Shown here one piece after another: positions 1 to 10,463 of a stretch of DNA of 64,000 nucleotides; position 1 is the stretch's first letter; every line of letters begins with the position of its first letter. Origin of the DNA: a virus. A program made the translations under genes and the position numbers. The stretch lies in the IMG/VR virus record IMGVR_UViG_3300045049_000125, positions 1 through 64,000 of that record; one strand, written 5' to 3'. The notes under the pieces were generated by a model, which saw only the letters and a program-made list of their open reading frames with translations, did no database searches and had not been told where the DNA came from.

Positions 1-408
1 GGCAAGGAACGCAATTACATTTTCAGCAAATTCCCGGCAACAGCGGGGCGCGAAATTATCAGCGCTTACCCTGTGGCGAACCTTCCCAAGCTGGGGGATT
101 ACGGCGTCAGCGAGGCGACCATGCTGAAACTCATGTCGCATGTTGCTGTACAGACCGAAGCGGGGCCGCTTCGACTGACCACAAAAGCGCTCGTGGATAA
201 CCATGTTCCCGATTGGGAGGCGCTCGCGAAAATTGAAATGGGCATGTTGGAGTACAACTGTTCTTTTTTTCAAGCTGGCGCAGTCCCCGGCTTCATCGAT
301 CTCTTATTGGAGAAGGCTGCGCCTATGTTGTCCAAAATTCTGACCAGTTCATTGCAAGCCTTGTCGGAGGCGAATATGCAACTTGGGTCGAACTCCGAGA
401 CCACATAA
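1..408 (+). CDS. Tail assembly chaperone (G-like), 5'-truncated by the window edge
   Basis: Frame is open from base 1 to TAA at 408, directly upstream of the tape measure gene; contains slippery T TTT TTT at 264-270. Confidence 0.75.
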   Translation, partial: GKERNYIFSKFPATAGREIISAYPVANLPKLGDYGVSEATMLKLMSHVAVQTEAGPLRLTTKALVDNHVPDWEALAKIEMGMLEYNCSFFQAGAVPGFIDLLLEKAAPMLSKILTSSLQALSEANMQLGSNSETT

Positions 409-485
409 CGCTCGAAGAGGCGTTCAAGTTGTGGGAAATCATGGTGACCAAGGCCAGTAACGAGGCTAAGGCAATGGAGAAATAA
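270..485 (+). CDS. Tail assembly chaperone -1 frameshift extension (GT-like)
   Basis: The -1 frame is open from the T7 run to TAA 483-485 (...FIASLVGGEYATWVELRDHITLEEAFKLWEIM...EK*); it has no early ATG and abuts the tape measure ATG at 486. Confidence 0.7.
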   Translation, partial: SSWRSPRLHRSLIGEGCAYVVQNSDQFIASLVGGEYATWVELRDHITLEEAFKLWEIMVTKASNEAKAMEK

Positions 486-2444
486 ATGTCTGGCGTCCTC
501 GACACATTCACATACGTTTTTAAAGCGAAAGACGAAGGCGTCGATAAGAAGCTTTCAGACATCGAAAAGAAGTCGAAGGACGCCAAAGCCTCTACGGAGG
601 CTCTTAATCAATCGTTCTCCGAATTCGGCTCGGAAGCGCGCAAGACCTTCGAGTCGATCATTCCCGGCGGTGACAAGTTTGTCGAAAACCTGAAAAAGGT
701 TGGCGAAGCGCTCAAGCGCGCCAAGCAAGCCGGCGGAGGCACCGGGGTGGGCAAGCCCCCGGGTGGAGGCGCGCCACCTCCTGGCGTGAACGGAACAGGC
801 GGGCTCGCAGACGACGCTAAGGGTGCCGGCATGGCAATGACTGCGATGACCGTGGCGGCCGGTCTAGCAGCCGTTGCGGTGGGCGTATTGACCAAGGCGT
901 TTGTTGAAGGCGCTCAAGAGCTGGTTAATAGCCGCAAGCAGATGCAGCAGGCCGGCATCAATTCGGTACAGATGGCCGGCGCGGAGCAGTTCGCCAAGTC
1001 ACTCAAGATTGACAAGTCAGAGATTCAAAAAGCACTCGTGGACCTGGGGCAGAAAACGCAACAGGGTTTTGTCACGTCTCATACCTTCGGCAACATCTTC
1101 GGAATCGGCAACGAAACTACCCAACTTCTTAAGAAGTACGGGATTAAAACCGAAGACAAAGGAAAATTGCGCAATAGCGCAATGATCTTTGACGACATCA
1201 CGAAGAAGATGCAAGGCATGTCGCGCGAGGCGGCCATTGGCTTCGGTCAGTTCTTCGGCATGTCGAAGGATATGGCGACCGCGATCAAGGACAGCGGCCA
1301 GACGCTCACACAGTACGTTGCCGCCCACAAAGCCGAAGTAGCGGCCCAGGCCAAGGCTATCGATCAGGCTCGCGCGTACGAGAAGGCGCAGCAAGGCTTG
1401 GCTAATGCGTGGGATGACTTCCGCATTAAGATCGGGGGCAAGGTGCTCCCTGTGGTGACGGAGCTTCTTGAAGATGTTGTGAAGGTCTCGGACAAGGTGG
1501 GAGAGCTTTCCACTGCGCTCCTGGGATTCTGGACTACGCTGAAAGAAATTCTAAACGGTATCACCGATTGGGTTTCCGAGCACACACCTCAGTCCGTCAA
1601 AGAAGGTGCCAAGAATCTGCTTGAAGCCGGCCAGAACGTGGGTAAGTGGATCAAGCGCAACGCTCTGGACAACCCGCTTGAATACTGGACGGGGAAGGGT
1701 CAGGAAGCGGCACACGAAAGTGACCTTGCCCAGGCCGCCAAGGACATTCAGCAAGCCACCGGAAAGCAGGCCACGCGCGCGGAGGCTGAGGCCAAGCTCG
1801 CAGCCGACAAGGCTAAGCACGACGAAGAAATCATGAAGAAGCAGACACAAAACGTGTCTGATAATGATCGCGCTGCGCAAACGCAGCTCGAAGCGGCGAA
1901 CGCCATGAAGGTGGCAACGAACCGTTTCGGCTTGACCACGGAGCAATATTTCGCCATGTGGGCGGCCAAGGCCGGTCAGGGTGGTGGTCTGCGTTCGTCG
2001 GGTGGCGTCACGCCCGAGGCATTCCGGGACATCTACAAGGAAGGCCACGCTAAATACGCGCCGAATGCCGAGTGGGCTACCGCTCTATACGGCAAGGGCG
2101 CTCCAATGATGGCCCAATTGCCCAACCAGTACGTTACAGGCATGGGCATTAACCCGTTCTCCGGCCCGACGAATCCCGTGGGTCTAAAGAACGTGAAGGT
2201 GCCTACCGTGCCAGACACGCTCCTGCCAGCCAAGCAAGCCATTCAAGGCTCGTCTATGGCTGTCCCCACACCTGGAACCGTCAACACTCCAAAACCGGGC
2301 AATACCGTTACCGTCAATACCGGTCCCATTACGATTCAGACCAACAGCAACGATCCTAATGCGATCAACCAAGCGCTCGGACAACATCTCGGTGAGCAAC
2401 TACAATATACGCTTGGCAAACTCAACGACGGGCAAAAAGCATAA
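486..2444 (+). CDS. Tape measure protein
   Basis: 652 aa, Ala/Gln/Lys-rich and helical, with a hydrophobic segment; lies between the chaperone and baseplate genes. Confidence 0.85.
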   Translation: MSGVLDTFTYVFKAKDEGVDKKLSDIEKKSKDAKASTEALNQSFSEFGSEARKTFESIIPGGDKFVENLKKVGEALKRAKQAGGGTGVGKPPGGGAPPPGVNGTGGLADDAKGAGMAMTAMTVAAGLAAVAVGVLTKAFVEGAQELVNSRKQMQQAGINSVQMAGAEQFAKSLKIDKSEIQKALVDLGQKTQQGFVTSHTFGNIFGIGNETTQLLKKYGIKTEDKGKLRNSAMIFDDITKKMQGMSREAAIGFGQFFGMSKDMATAIKDSGQTLTQYVAAHKAEVAAQAKAIDQARAYEKAQQGLANAWDDFRIKIGGKVLPVVTELLEDVVKVSDKVGELSTALLGFWTTLKEILNGITDWVSEHTPQSVKEGAKNLLEAGQNVGKWIKRNALDNPLEYWTGKGQEAAHESDLAQAAKDIQQATGKQATRAEAEAKLAADKAKHDEEIMKKQTQNVSDNDRAAQTQLEAANAMKVATNRFGLTTEQYFAMWAAKAGQGGGLRSSGGVTPEAFRDIYKEGHAKYAPNAEWATALYGKGAPMMAQLPNQYVTGMGINPFSGPTNPVGLKNVKVPTVPDTLLPAKQAIQGSSMAVPTPGTVNTPKPGNTVTVNTGPITIQTNSNDPNAINQALGQHLGEQLQYTLGKLNDGQKA

Positions 2445-3064
2445 TGGCAACCATCATCGGACTACCGTTCAATTTTGGAACGCTGCAAGGCATTGCGTCG
2501 TCGTATCCTTATCTATTCCCCTACGGAGACGATCAACCGCAGGTACGTATTTTTGATTCCAGTGGACAGCAAATTATCCCGGAAGCAAAAATTATGTCCT
2601 ACGACGATAAACCCGAGGCGCAAATCTTCCAGCATCCTATGGAAGATGGTGCCTCGTTTATGGATCATCGTGTAGCTAATCCAAACGAGGTGAATATCTC
2701 TCTCATTTTTGAGAAAGATTTCTACCGCTCGGCGTACTCCGCTATTCGAGATATTTATAACAGCGGAACGCTAGTGACGATTCAATCTCGCACTACTCGC
2801 GAGACGAATATGGCGCTTGTCTCTTTGCCACAAGAGCAGAGCGCGGAGCAGTACGATGCGGTGCCCGTCCATCTAACTTTTCGGCAAATGACTTTCGTTG
2901 TTCCTGCGCAAGGAACGATGACGCCACAAAACACGCAGAACCCGGCCGACTCGAACACTACGCAACAGGGTCAGAAATCGGGAGTTATCACTAGCGTGAA
3001 TTTGGATGCGCAACAGCAGTATATAAATCAAGCCATTCAAGGACTGCCGCGTCCACGAGGGTAA
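2444..3064 (+). CDS. Baseplate/tail tube initiator (Dit-like)
   Basis: HPMEDG...DH...P motif typical of myophage proteins encoded after the tape measure; synteny. Confidence 0.7.
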   Translation: MATIIGLPFNFGTLQGIASSYPYLFPYGDDQPQVRIFDSSGQQIIPEAKIMSYDDKPEAQIFQHPMEDGASFMDHRVANPNEVNISLIFEKDFYRSAYSAIRDIYNSGTLVTIQSRTTRETNMALVSLPQEQSAEQYDAVPVHLTFRQMTFVVPAQGTMTPQNTQNPADSNTTQQGQKSGVITSVNLDAQQQYINQAIQGLPRPRG

Positions 3065-3067
3065 GCC

Positions 3068-3388
3068 ATGCAAAAATTTGATCTAGACGTACTCCCCAAT
3101 CAACAGTTTTCTTTTGTGACGGGGAATTTCATTTATCGAATCCGCGTATACACCGTGGAGACTGATAATCAGGCCATGTGCGTTGATATCAACATCAACG
3201 GGCAAGATGTCATCCTGGGCGCGCGTGCGCTGGTTGGCTCTTTCCTGTTGCCATGGGATTCCCTCACTCAGGGTAATGGTAATTTCATTTTCTACGCACC
3301 AGAAACTCAAAATGTCTGGTGGCAAGACTTCGGACCAAAGTGTCAACTTTGGTATCTCAACAATAACGAAATGCATGGTATTTTCTAA
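3068..3388 (+). CDS. Small baseplate protein
   Basis: 106 aa with PNQQFS N-terminus and GNFIF...W.DFG C-terminus; synteny. Confidence 0.65.
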   Translation: MQKFDLDVLPNQQFSFVTGNFIYRIRVYTVETDNQAMCVDININGQDVILGARALVGSFLLPWDSLTQGNGNFIFYAPETQNVWWQDFGPKCQLWYLNNNEMHGIF

Positions 3389-4227
3389 TGGCCGGATTTG
3401 ATCCTCGCATTCTGACTGTTGAATTGCAGTTTGAAGACAACTCATTGATTTATGGCGATCCTCTTTACATTAAGGTTCAGGGGTCAAAGACCATTGCCAG
3501 TCTTCAAAATACTGCAACGATCACTATTGGCAATTTGCGAAAAGATCATCGCGATTACATTCTGACGAATTGCAATCAGGTGTTGCAGTCGCAATACAAA
3601 ATCCGAAAAGTTCGGGTAATGGCAGGACGCAAATCCGTGGGCTCATGGCTCGTCTTCGAGGGCGATATCATCAGCGCGAGCGTTACACAGCCGCCGGATA
3701 TCATGCTCATTCTCCGATGCGCCACAATGGCTCGCGATAAGTCGCAGTTCTGGACTTACGTGAACACGGGGACCATTTCCCTTCAACAAATCGCACAGGA
3801 CTTCGCGGATTTCGTGGGATTTAGTCTGCTTATCGATCCTGCGGTAAATGCCAGTCAGACAGTTCCTAAATTCACATTCAATGGTCAGCCTGTGGCAATG
3901 ATGACTCGCATCAGCGAGCTTTTTAATGTCAAGTGCTATACCAATGACAATCAAATTGTCATCAAACCTTGGAGTGAGCCACTAAGTAATCAAATCGTGG
4001 AAGTTTCCACAACGTCGGGAATGGTGGGTATTCCTGAATTTACAGAGTACGGAGTCAAAGTTAAAACCCTTGTTGATCGTAATGTGGTGTTGGGTGGCGC
4101 TATGCGACTCACTTCAACCATGGTGCCCGTCATGAATGCCGATTACGTCATTACTCGGATAGACTATGACCTTGCCACTCGTGAACAACAGTTCTATTAC
4201 GATTTGTGGGCTAGCCGGAGCGGATAA
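3388..4227 (+). CDS. Baseplate hub protein
   Basis: 279 aa with ATITIGNL, FEGDI and GMVGIPE motifs; synteny. Confidence 0.75.
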   Translation: MAGFDPRILTVELQFEDNSLIYGDPLYIKVQGSKTIASLQNTATITIGNLRKDHRDYILTNCNQVLQSQYKIRKVRVMAGRKSVGSWLVFEGDIISASVTQPPDIMLILRCATMARDKSQFWTYVNTGTISLQQIAQDFADFVGFSLLIDPAVNASQTVPKFTFNGQPVAMMTRISELFNVKCYTNDNQIVIKPWSEPLSNQIVEVSTTSGMVGIPEFTEYGVKVKTLVDRNVVLGGAMRLTSTMVPVMNADYVITRIDYDLATREQQFYYDLWASRSG

Positions 4228-4943
4228 TGGCTGACAACGCGAGCGGCAAAGAGGCCGTCAATTACGCAAATCAAAGTCCAGAAGATTACGGGGATATGGC
4301 GAATACCCTATCTAAGATTCTGGCAAACGCATTTATGAAATCGGAAAACATGCTTCCGGTTAAAGTGGTCTCATATGACCGCGTTAAAAACACGGCCATC
4401 GTTCAACCGTTGATTAAAATCATAATGACTGGTGGCGTCTATTCGCGAGGACAAATTGGACCCATTCCCGTTTTCGCGGCGGGAGCAGGTCAGTTCGTCA
4501 TGAATTTTCCCGTCAAGCCGGGTGATCTTGGTTGGATATTGGCGAATGACCGTGACATCAGCCAATTTGAACAGACGCTTGAAGAGGGGCCGCCGCCAAC
4601 AACGCGAACGCATTCCTTTAACGATTCGGTACTGTTTCCAGACGCCATTCGCAACTTTGATACCACAGGCGAAGACGGAAACATGGTCATTCAAAGCCTG
4701 GACGGGAAAATCCGAATCTCATTGGGTGAATCTCAATTGAAATTGTCGCATCCTACTAAGATTTTTCTAGACGCACCCCTTGTGGAAATGCAGAAGGATG
4801 CGCACGCGCCTGGGACTATTACCGGCGATACGGACGTGGTGTTTGCGGGAATCAGTGGTAAGGGTCACAAGCACGATGGTGCGGGCCTTAATGCGCCTAA
4901 TGGTCCTGTCACAGGTACTACCAGCAATCCGCCCCATAATTAA
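4227..4943 (+). CDS. Baseplate central spike (Gp138/gpV-like)
   Basis: N-terminal VVSYD..VQP and FPVKPGD.G...ANDRDI; C-terminal HxH (GHKH) metal-binding tip. Confidence 0.8.
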   Translation: MADNASGKEAVNYANQSPEDYGDMANTLSKILANAFMKSENMLPVKVVSYDRVKNTAIVQPLIKIIMTGGVYSRGQIGPIPVFAAGAGQFVMNFPVKPGDLGWILANDRDISQFEQTLEEGPPPTTRTHSFNDSVLFPDAIRNFDTTGEDGNMVIQSLDGKIRISLGESQLKLSHPTKIFLDAPLVEMQKDAHAPGTITGDTDVVFAGISGKGHKHDGAGLNAPNGPVTGTTSNPPHN

Positions 4944-4953
4944 GGAATTTAAA

Positions 4954-5289
4954 ATGATTAGTCTGGCGGTTGACGACAACTACGATATTTATATGGACTC
5001 GTCCCGAAATATTGGGACGGTCTTCAATAAGGCTGCGGTTCAACAAGATTGTTTGTTGGCCTCACAAATGCTGTATGGAGAATATCCATACAATACGAAT
5101 CTTGGAGTGAAATATTTTCAAGCTCTATTTCAAAACAAGAATCCATATGAATTCGAGCAGTCCATGATTGAAAACCTTGAATCAGTTCCGAATGTAAAAG
5201 CTGTTCGGTCTTTCCAGATGATTCAGTTGGCGGACGGGCTACAATATGCGGCTTCCATTGATACCACTTACGGTGAGGTTTCTCTCTAA
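4954..5289 (+). CDS. Baseplate wedge protein (gp25/W-like)
   Basis: Start reassigned to ATG 4954 after AAGGA; GEYPYNTNLGVKY and IDTTYGEV motifs. Confidence 0.75.
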   Translation: MISLAVDDNYDIYMDSSRNIGTVFNKAAVQQDCLLASQMLYGEYPYNTNLGVKYFQALFQNKNPYEFEQSMIENLESVPNVKAVRSFQMIQLADGLQYAASIDTTYGEVSL

Positions 5290-6524
5290 TGGCTTATAAC
5301 TACATCGTAAATCAGGGCGTCATTGTTCCCGATACGTCTACCACGCTAGCCGAAGTACAGGGTGAATACCTCGACGCGCTAGGCCAAGACTTGGACCTTG
5401 CACCCTCCACGCCACAGGGGCAGATGATTACGGCCGAGGTGGCTGCTCGTAATGGCGTCATCAACAACAATGCCCTTCTCGCCAACCAGTTGAACCCGAA
5501 TGAATCCACGGGCGTGTTTCTGCGCTCTGTGGGCAGTCTCATGGGCATTTCGGATACGCCGGTATCGCGCTCCGTGGCGCTCAACGTGGCTGTTACCGGC
5601 ACCCCTGGCCTTTCCTTGCCTGCGGGCTCGGAAGCCGTAAACGCCCAGGGAGCCATCTTCCTATCCATCTCTACCGTCACGTTTGTCGATGACGGTACGG
5701 GCGTGGGTCGAGCGGTCGTGACCTTTCAGGCACGTGATCCAGGCGCCGTCCAGGCGCCGGCCGGGACGCTTGTGCCCAAGTCGGCCGTCCCCGGTTGGTC
5801 AGGCATGAACAACCCCACGGACGCGGTATTGGGCTCGGTGGCAATGACCGATTATGAATACCGAATTTACCGACAGGCCGCACTTTCCAATCAGTCTCAG
5901 AATTCCACCAATGCAGCTAAGTCGAAGGTCTCCATGCTACCCGGCATTACGTCGGTAGTGGTGCGCGATAACGACGACAGTGCGCAGCAAACGATTGATG
6001 GAGTCGTGATGCCGCCGAATTCGTTGTGGGTGTGCGTCAATGACGATGGCGGCATCGGTCCGGACATTGCCATGACACTGCTTGGCTGCAAGGCTCCTGG
6101 CTGCAAATGGACGCCAGGCGTTCCATCGGGCTCCTTTGGAACGCCTGAAATGTATAGCGTCACCGATCCCATTACAGGACAAGCCTATTCGGTCACGTTC
6201 GTGCGTTCTGTTCCAAAAACGGTCTATGTGAAAATGACCGTTAAAAACAATGCCAGCGCTGCGGATATGGCAACGGCTGCGGTTGATGCCATCCTGACCT
6301 ACGCTAAAGGCAAAATGGAAGATAACCCAGGCTTGGTTATCGGACAGGACGTTTCACCGTTTGAACTTTCGGGCGCGGTGGTGGCACAGATTCCGGGCTC
6401 TCAGGTGGAAGATTGCCAAGTTTCATTTGATGGTGTGGCGTGGCAATACACTCCGTTGGTCATCCACACATGGGAACGTGCAAATCTCCCTGAAAGCAAT
6501 ATTCAAATCACGGTACAAAACTAA
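5289..6524 (+). CDS. Baseplate J-like wedge protein
   Basis: 411 aa with STPQGQ, NPN..TGVFL and TD.EYR motifs. Confidence 0.85.
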   Translation: MAYNYIVNQGVIVPDTSTTLAEVQGEYLDALGQDLDLAPSTPQGQMITAEVAARNGVINNNALLANQLNPNESTGVFLRSVGSLMGISDTPVSRSVALNVAVTGTPGLSLPAGSEAVNAQGAIFLSISTVTFVDDGTGVGRAVVTFQARDPGAVQAPAGTLVPKSAVPGWSGMNNPTDAVLGSVAMTDYEYRIYRQAALSNQSQNSTNAAKSKVSMLPGITSVVVRDNDDSAQQTIDGVVMPPNSLWVCVNDDGGIGPDIAMTLLGCKAPGCKWTPGVPSGSFGTPEMYSVTDPITGQAYSVTFVRSVPKTVYVKMTVKNNASAADMATAAVDAILTYAKGKMEDNPGLVIGQDVSPFELSGAVVAQIPGSQVEDCQVSFDGVAWQYTPLVIHTWERANLPESNIQITVQN

Positions 6525-7171
6525 TGGCCGCTATTCCATCAACTCCGTTGACGCCGGTTCCACCGGTAGCGCCGAAGATTCTTAGCTCCATTACATGGCG
6601 CTTTGATACATCGTCGCGCTTGAATAAACTGCTCAATTCAAAAGCCGCATGGTATGTGAAGAACCATGACCAATTTTGGGTCACTTGGTATAACAACATT
6701 TTCAATTTGAAAACGGCAAACAATTTCGGTTGTGCAGTGTGGGCATATATTTTGGATGTGCCCATCAATGTGCTCGGTCTTCGCAACAATTACCGACTTT
6801 GGGCATTTGGTCCGACACGCTCGAACTTTGACACGTCTACGGACCCCATCCAGAATCCATCGTCGGGAAATTTTCCGTCGCTTTCGCAGAGTGGGGCAAT
6901 TACCTCCATTCAAGAAGCGATTTGGGCATTGCGATTGAAATACTACGTCCACACGTCTCCCCGCGATGTGTTGAGCATTAATAAACTGCTCAATGATGTT
7001 TTCAATTCGCAGCCCGGCGTAGGTGGAATGGCGTATATTCAAGATGGACAGGATATGACCATGACTTATGTATTTACATTCCCCATTTCGCTAAATTTTC
7101 AACAAGCGATGATAGACTTTGACCTGCTGCCCAAGGTGTCGGGCGTCAAGTTGATTATCAACGCACCATAA
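6524..7171 (+). CDS. Baseplate I-like protein (DUF2612-like)
   Basis: FNLKTANNFG..VW..IL and D..DMTM...LLPK.SGV motifs; follows the J-like gene. Confidence 0.75.
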   Translation: MAAIPSTPLTPVPPVAPKILSSITWRFDTSSRLNKLLNSKAAWYVKNHDQFWVTWYNNIFNLKTANNFGCAVWAYILDVPINVLGLRNNYRLWAFGPTRSNFDTSTDPIQNPSSGNFPSLSQSGAITSIQEAIWALRLKYYVHTSPRDVLSINKLLNDVFNSQPGVGGMAYIQDGQDMTMTYVFTFPISLNFQQAMIDFDLLPKVSGVKLIINAP

Positions 7172-7194
7172 AGACATTCAAACAGGATTTAAAA

Positions 7195-9246
7195 ATGACA
7201 ACTGTAAAAATTGATATTCCGTTTGCAAATGTCGGAACGAAAACACCGATTGATGACACTCGTGCGGACGGTGTGGTCAATTTTCAACAGGGCTACACCG
7301 ACGATTATTCGCGCGAGCTTGGCGTTGATCCGCTTGCCAAGCCGGTTGAACGCGATAAATTGAACTATTTGTTTAATATCATCACGACAAACCAAATCGA
7401 TTGGATTCAATCGGCGTTTCCGCAGTGGATTCAGAGCAACGCCTATGCTGTGAATTCCTTCGTTCGTTATTCCACGAACGTCGGCACGACGCCTGAGGCT
7501 ATTTATCGCTGCGTCAATGCGACGGTGGCCGGATCGAACGCGCCTCTCAACAATCCCGATTGGGAAGAGCTGCTCACCATGGCACAGCTCAAAGCGTCCA
7601 TTCCCATGCCGGAAAATAATCTGATTTCCGTTGCCACGGATTTCAATACGCTGGGAACTAAGAACGCAACCTACGAAGTGGCAAGCGATGCTGTGGCCTC
7701 ATCGTCCCCTAATTCTCCGTCTCCCCGCGCAGGCATGCTGGAAGCCAAAGTGTGGGGAGTGGGACCGGCTTCGTTCGCTGTGGAGCGATATCTTGACTAC
7801 AACGGTCAAGTGTATTTCCGTGGCAAATCTGGATCGTCTGCGTGGTCTTCGTGGCAGACCATTACAGGTCTTCCATACACGCCAGCCAATCAGAACATCA
7901 CCATCATCGGCAACAACGGTCTGACAGGCGGTGGAGACCTTTCGCAGAACCGCACCATCGGACTGGCACCGATCCCCACGCTTACGCTGCTGGGTAACGG
8001 CACGGGCGCGTCCACATGGGCAACGGCGATTACTCTGGCGAACGGCATTCAGTTCAACAACACAACCACGCTGGGCCTCGGCAACATCACTCCGCTCTCT
8101 GTGGCAACCACATCGGGCGGTGTATCGGCCAAGAACGGTCTCTTCACCGGGGCGGCAGGCGCATTCCTGGGGTCCGACAACGCTACTCCGGGAAACATCG
8201 CGCTTCGCCCCAATGGCGTAGGTTCTGCGACAGGTCAATTCGTCGTGGGAACCGATGGGTCGGCCAATTCCTCGTTTGAACTTCGAGCTAATGGCGCTGT
8301 TCGTGGAACAGCGTTTACCGTTCCTATTGGCGTGTCCAATGGAATTGAAATCTATTACGGCATCGTAAATTCAAATGGAGGCGCAAATGCACGTAACGAA
8401 TACATCAATAACTATGGCTCTAAGTCCGGCGGTCATGAATTCTATACTCGCTCGGATACAGGTGCGGGCATTAACCGCGTTGGCGGTTTTTATGGTGTTG
8501 GTCAGGTTGGAAATCCTAATCGTCTAACGATTACCGATCCTTCCGGCGTCACGGCCAATGTTCGCAGCGATGGTGTTTTTTATAGTAGTCGCGAGATTTA
8601 TCTCACTTCGGGTGCAAACGGTCAATCGGTGGTGATGCGCCCGAATGGTCCGGATAACGCAAACGGTCAAGCAATTTTGGATTCAAACGGATCGCTTACT
8701 CTCACCGGAACCCTTGCATCAGGTGGCAATGTTCTTTCAACCAACCAATATCTTGTACTGGCCCCCACTGGCGCCTCGCCGGGTAATGGTTCCATTATCT
8801 TCCGCCCTCAGAATGTGGGCTCCACAAGTGGGCAAGCGTATATTGACCCTAGTGGAAACTTCATCGGATCGGGAATCATTCGACCGGGTTCTGATGAGCG
8901 CGTGAAAGAAAACATGCGCAACATTGAAGGAGCGCTTGAAATCGTTCGTCGCGTGTTCCCTGGAAAACTGTATGAGCGTACCGACCGAAATGGCGAAACC
9001 GAATCGGGTTATGGCGCGCAATTCGTCAAGTCGCATCCGGAAACGGCCCATCTTGTTTCGGTTGACGGAGAATTTCCAGATGAGGCAAGCGCTTATTCCG
9101 AAATCAAAAATTTTCATCACCTGCACTATGATGGGGTGATTCCGTATGCCACCAGCGCCATCATTGAGCTTCATGATATTGTGTTGGAGCAGCGTTATTT
9201 GATCGCGGAGCTGCGCGCCGAGTTGAACGAGCTAAAGGGAGTTTAA
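7195..9246 (+). CDS. Tail fibre with C-terminal intramolecular chaperone (peptidase S74-like)
   Basis: N-terminal PFA..G...QGY..DY anchor; Gly/Asn-rich body with three RP(N/Q)...GQ repeats; SDERVKEN motif at 8890 followed by a coiled coil. Confidence 0.85.
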   Translation: MTTVKIDIPFANVGTKTPIDDTRADGVVNFQQGYTDDYSRELGVDPLAKPVERDKLNYLFNIITTNQIDWIQSAFPQWIQSNAYAVNSFVRYSTNVGTTPEAIYRCVNATVAGSNAPLNNPDWEELLTMAQLKASIPMPENNLISVATDFNTLGTKNATYEVASDAVASSSPNSPSPRAGMLEAKVWGVGPASFAVERYLDYNGQVYFRGKSGSSAWSSWQTITGLPYTPANQNITIIGNNGLTGGGDLSQNRTIGLAPIPTLTLLGNGTGASTWATAITLANGIQFNNTTTLGLGNITPLSVATTSGGVSAKNGLFTGAAGAFLGSDNATPGNIALRPNGVGSATGQFVVGTDGSANSSFELRANGAVRGTAFTVPIGVSNGIEIYYGIVNSNGGANARNEYINNYGSKSGGHEFYTRSDTGAGINRVGGFYGVGQVGNPNRLTITDPSGVTANVRSDGVFYSSREIYLTSGANGQSVVMRPNGPDNANGQAILDSNGSLTLTGTLASGGNVLSTNQYLVLAPTGASPGNGSIIFRPQNVGSTSGQAYIDPSGNFIGSGIIRPGSDERVKENMRNIEGALEIVRRVFPGKLYERTDRNGETESGYGAQFVKSHPETAHLVSVDGEFPDEASAYSEIKNFHHLHYDGVIPYATSAIIELHDIVLEQRYLIAELRAELNELKGV

Positions 9247-9247
9247 T

Positions 9248-9925
9248 ATGCCAGCCTTTGGAACTACCAACATTCAAGCGAATGACGGTGTGGACATCGG
9301 TTACAAATTCTCGGCATATGCGGGAGGCGCTCAAGCGAGCGCTTCCAACTGGCTAGATGGTCCAGGCGGCCGTGAGCTGTCTACGATCCTCATGCAGCTT
9401 ATTGGAGCGCAGCAAGTCCCCAACACCGGTTGCCAGTTCCCGGACGGCTCTGACCTTGCGCAGCATTATGGTGTGGGCGGTCCTGTGGGAAGTGGTGCGT
9501 ACAACAACATCATCAACCACATAAACAACCCTTCGGCCAATCCGCAGCCCGCCTCGGTAACTGCCATCTGGACCACGTTTAATGACGGCACTACCTCAAC
9601 GTCGTGGGGAACGAGCCTTACTCCCGGACCTGGGCCAAAAAACGGCAATTGGTATTTACCAACAACTAGCGGCATCGGTTCAAATTATTGGGTCCGATAT
9701 ACGTGGGGCAATGACACGGGAACTACTCGACCAGGAGTAAATAATGGGGCAGTCGGTTGGACTTCGATTAGCAGTGAGCCGACTATCATGTTTTACATTA
9801 CGACTCGTTATGATTCGATTCGTTCGCTAGGGACATGTACCATTCAAATTGCATCTGATCCTAATGGATCAAATATCGTTTATTCGCAAACTGTGAGCTT
9901 CGACCTAGAAATCGATGTGATTTAA
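9248..9925 (+). CDS. Tail-fibre-associated protein
   Basis: 225 aa, Gly/Thr/Asn-rich and beta-prone, immediately after the fibre gene. Confidence 0.55.
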   Translation: MPAFGTTNIQANDGVDIGYKFSAYAGGAQASASNWLDGPGGRELSTILMQLIGAQQVPNTGCQFPDGSDLAQHYGVGGPVGSGAYNNIINHINNPSANPQPASVTAIWTTFNDGTTSTSWGTSLTPGPGPKNGNWYLPTTSGIGSNYWVRYTWGNDTGTTRPGVNNGAVGWTSISSEPTIMFYITTRYDSIRSLGTCTIQIASDPNGSNIVYSQTVSFDLEIDVI

Positions 9926-9945
9926 CAATACACGGAAGTACAACT

Positions 9946-9978
9946 ATTGCGTCGTACTCGTGTAGAGTGCGACGCAAT
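9946..9978. promoter_or_regulatory. 14-bp hairpin upstream of the holin
   Basis: ATTGCGTCGTACTC-gtgta-GAGTGCGACGCAAT. Confidence 0.5.
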
Positions 9979-10003
9979 TACATACGGGCAGGGGTGCCGC
10001 CTC

Positions 10004-10324
10004 ATGTGGGAAATGCTTATCGGGATTGCCTACGTTCGGTGGGCCATTTTCGCCGCCGTGGGCGGCATCATCGGGTATTTGATCCGTTCCGAATCCATTA
10101 ACGCTCGGGACTTCATCATTGAGACGTTGGGAGCGGGTTTCATGGGTCTATTGGTGGCAATGGCGTGCACAGCGTATAACCTGTCCACACCCATCACCGG
10201 AGTGCTTGTGGGTGTATCTGCTCTTGCCGGAGCGCGTGCGACACTAACAGCCATGGAACGGTTGATTAAGCGTCGCTTGAATCTTCCTGAAACATCGGAC
10301 GAAGCCAATGGAAAAGCACCTTAA
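10004..10324 (+). CDS. Holin
   Basis: Start reassigned to ATG 10004; three hydrophobic segments and a charged C-terminus; upstream of the endolysin. Confidence 0.75.
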   Translation: MWEMLIGIAYVRWAIFAAVGGIIGYLIRSESINARDFIIETLGAGFMGLLVAMACTAYNLSTPITGVLVGVSALAGARATLTAMERLIKRRLNLPETSDEANGKAP

Positions 10325-10463
10325 TCACGCCCGCCGGGCCATCGTCATTCTCGTCGTGCTTTGCCTGGGCATTGCGTGGCAGGCATGGCACACGACACAG
10401 CGAGCAGATGCGGTTCTAGACGCATATGAGAGCACCTTTTCAACGCCCATTGCGTCCCAATGA
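10308..10463 (+). CDS. Small single-TM lysis-cassette protein (possible antiholin), missed by the ORF track
   Basis: MEKHLNHARRAIVILVVLCLGIAWQAW... (51 aa); ATGA overlap with the endolysin start. Confidence 0.6.
   Translation: MEKHLNHARRAIVILVVLCLGIAWQAWHTTQRADAVLDAYESTFSTPIASQ

Noticed and set aside
7195-9925. Diversity-generating retroelement or invertible tail-fibre cassette
   Set aside because: No reverse transcriptase, invertase or template/variable repeat pair was seen.
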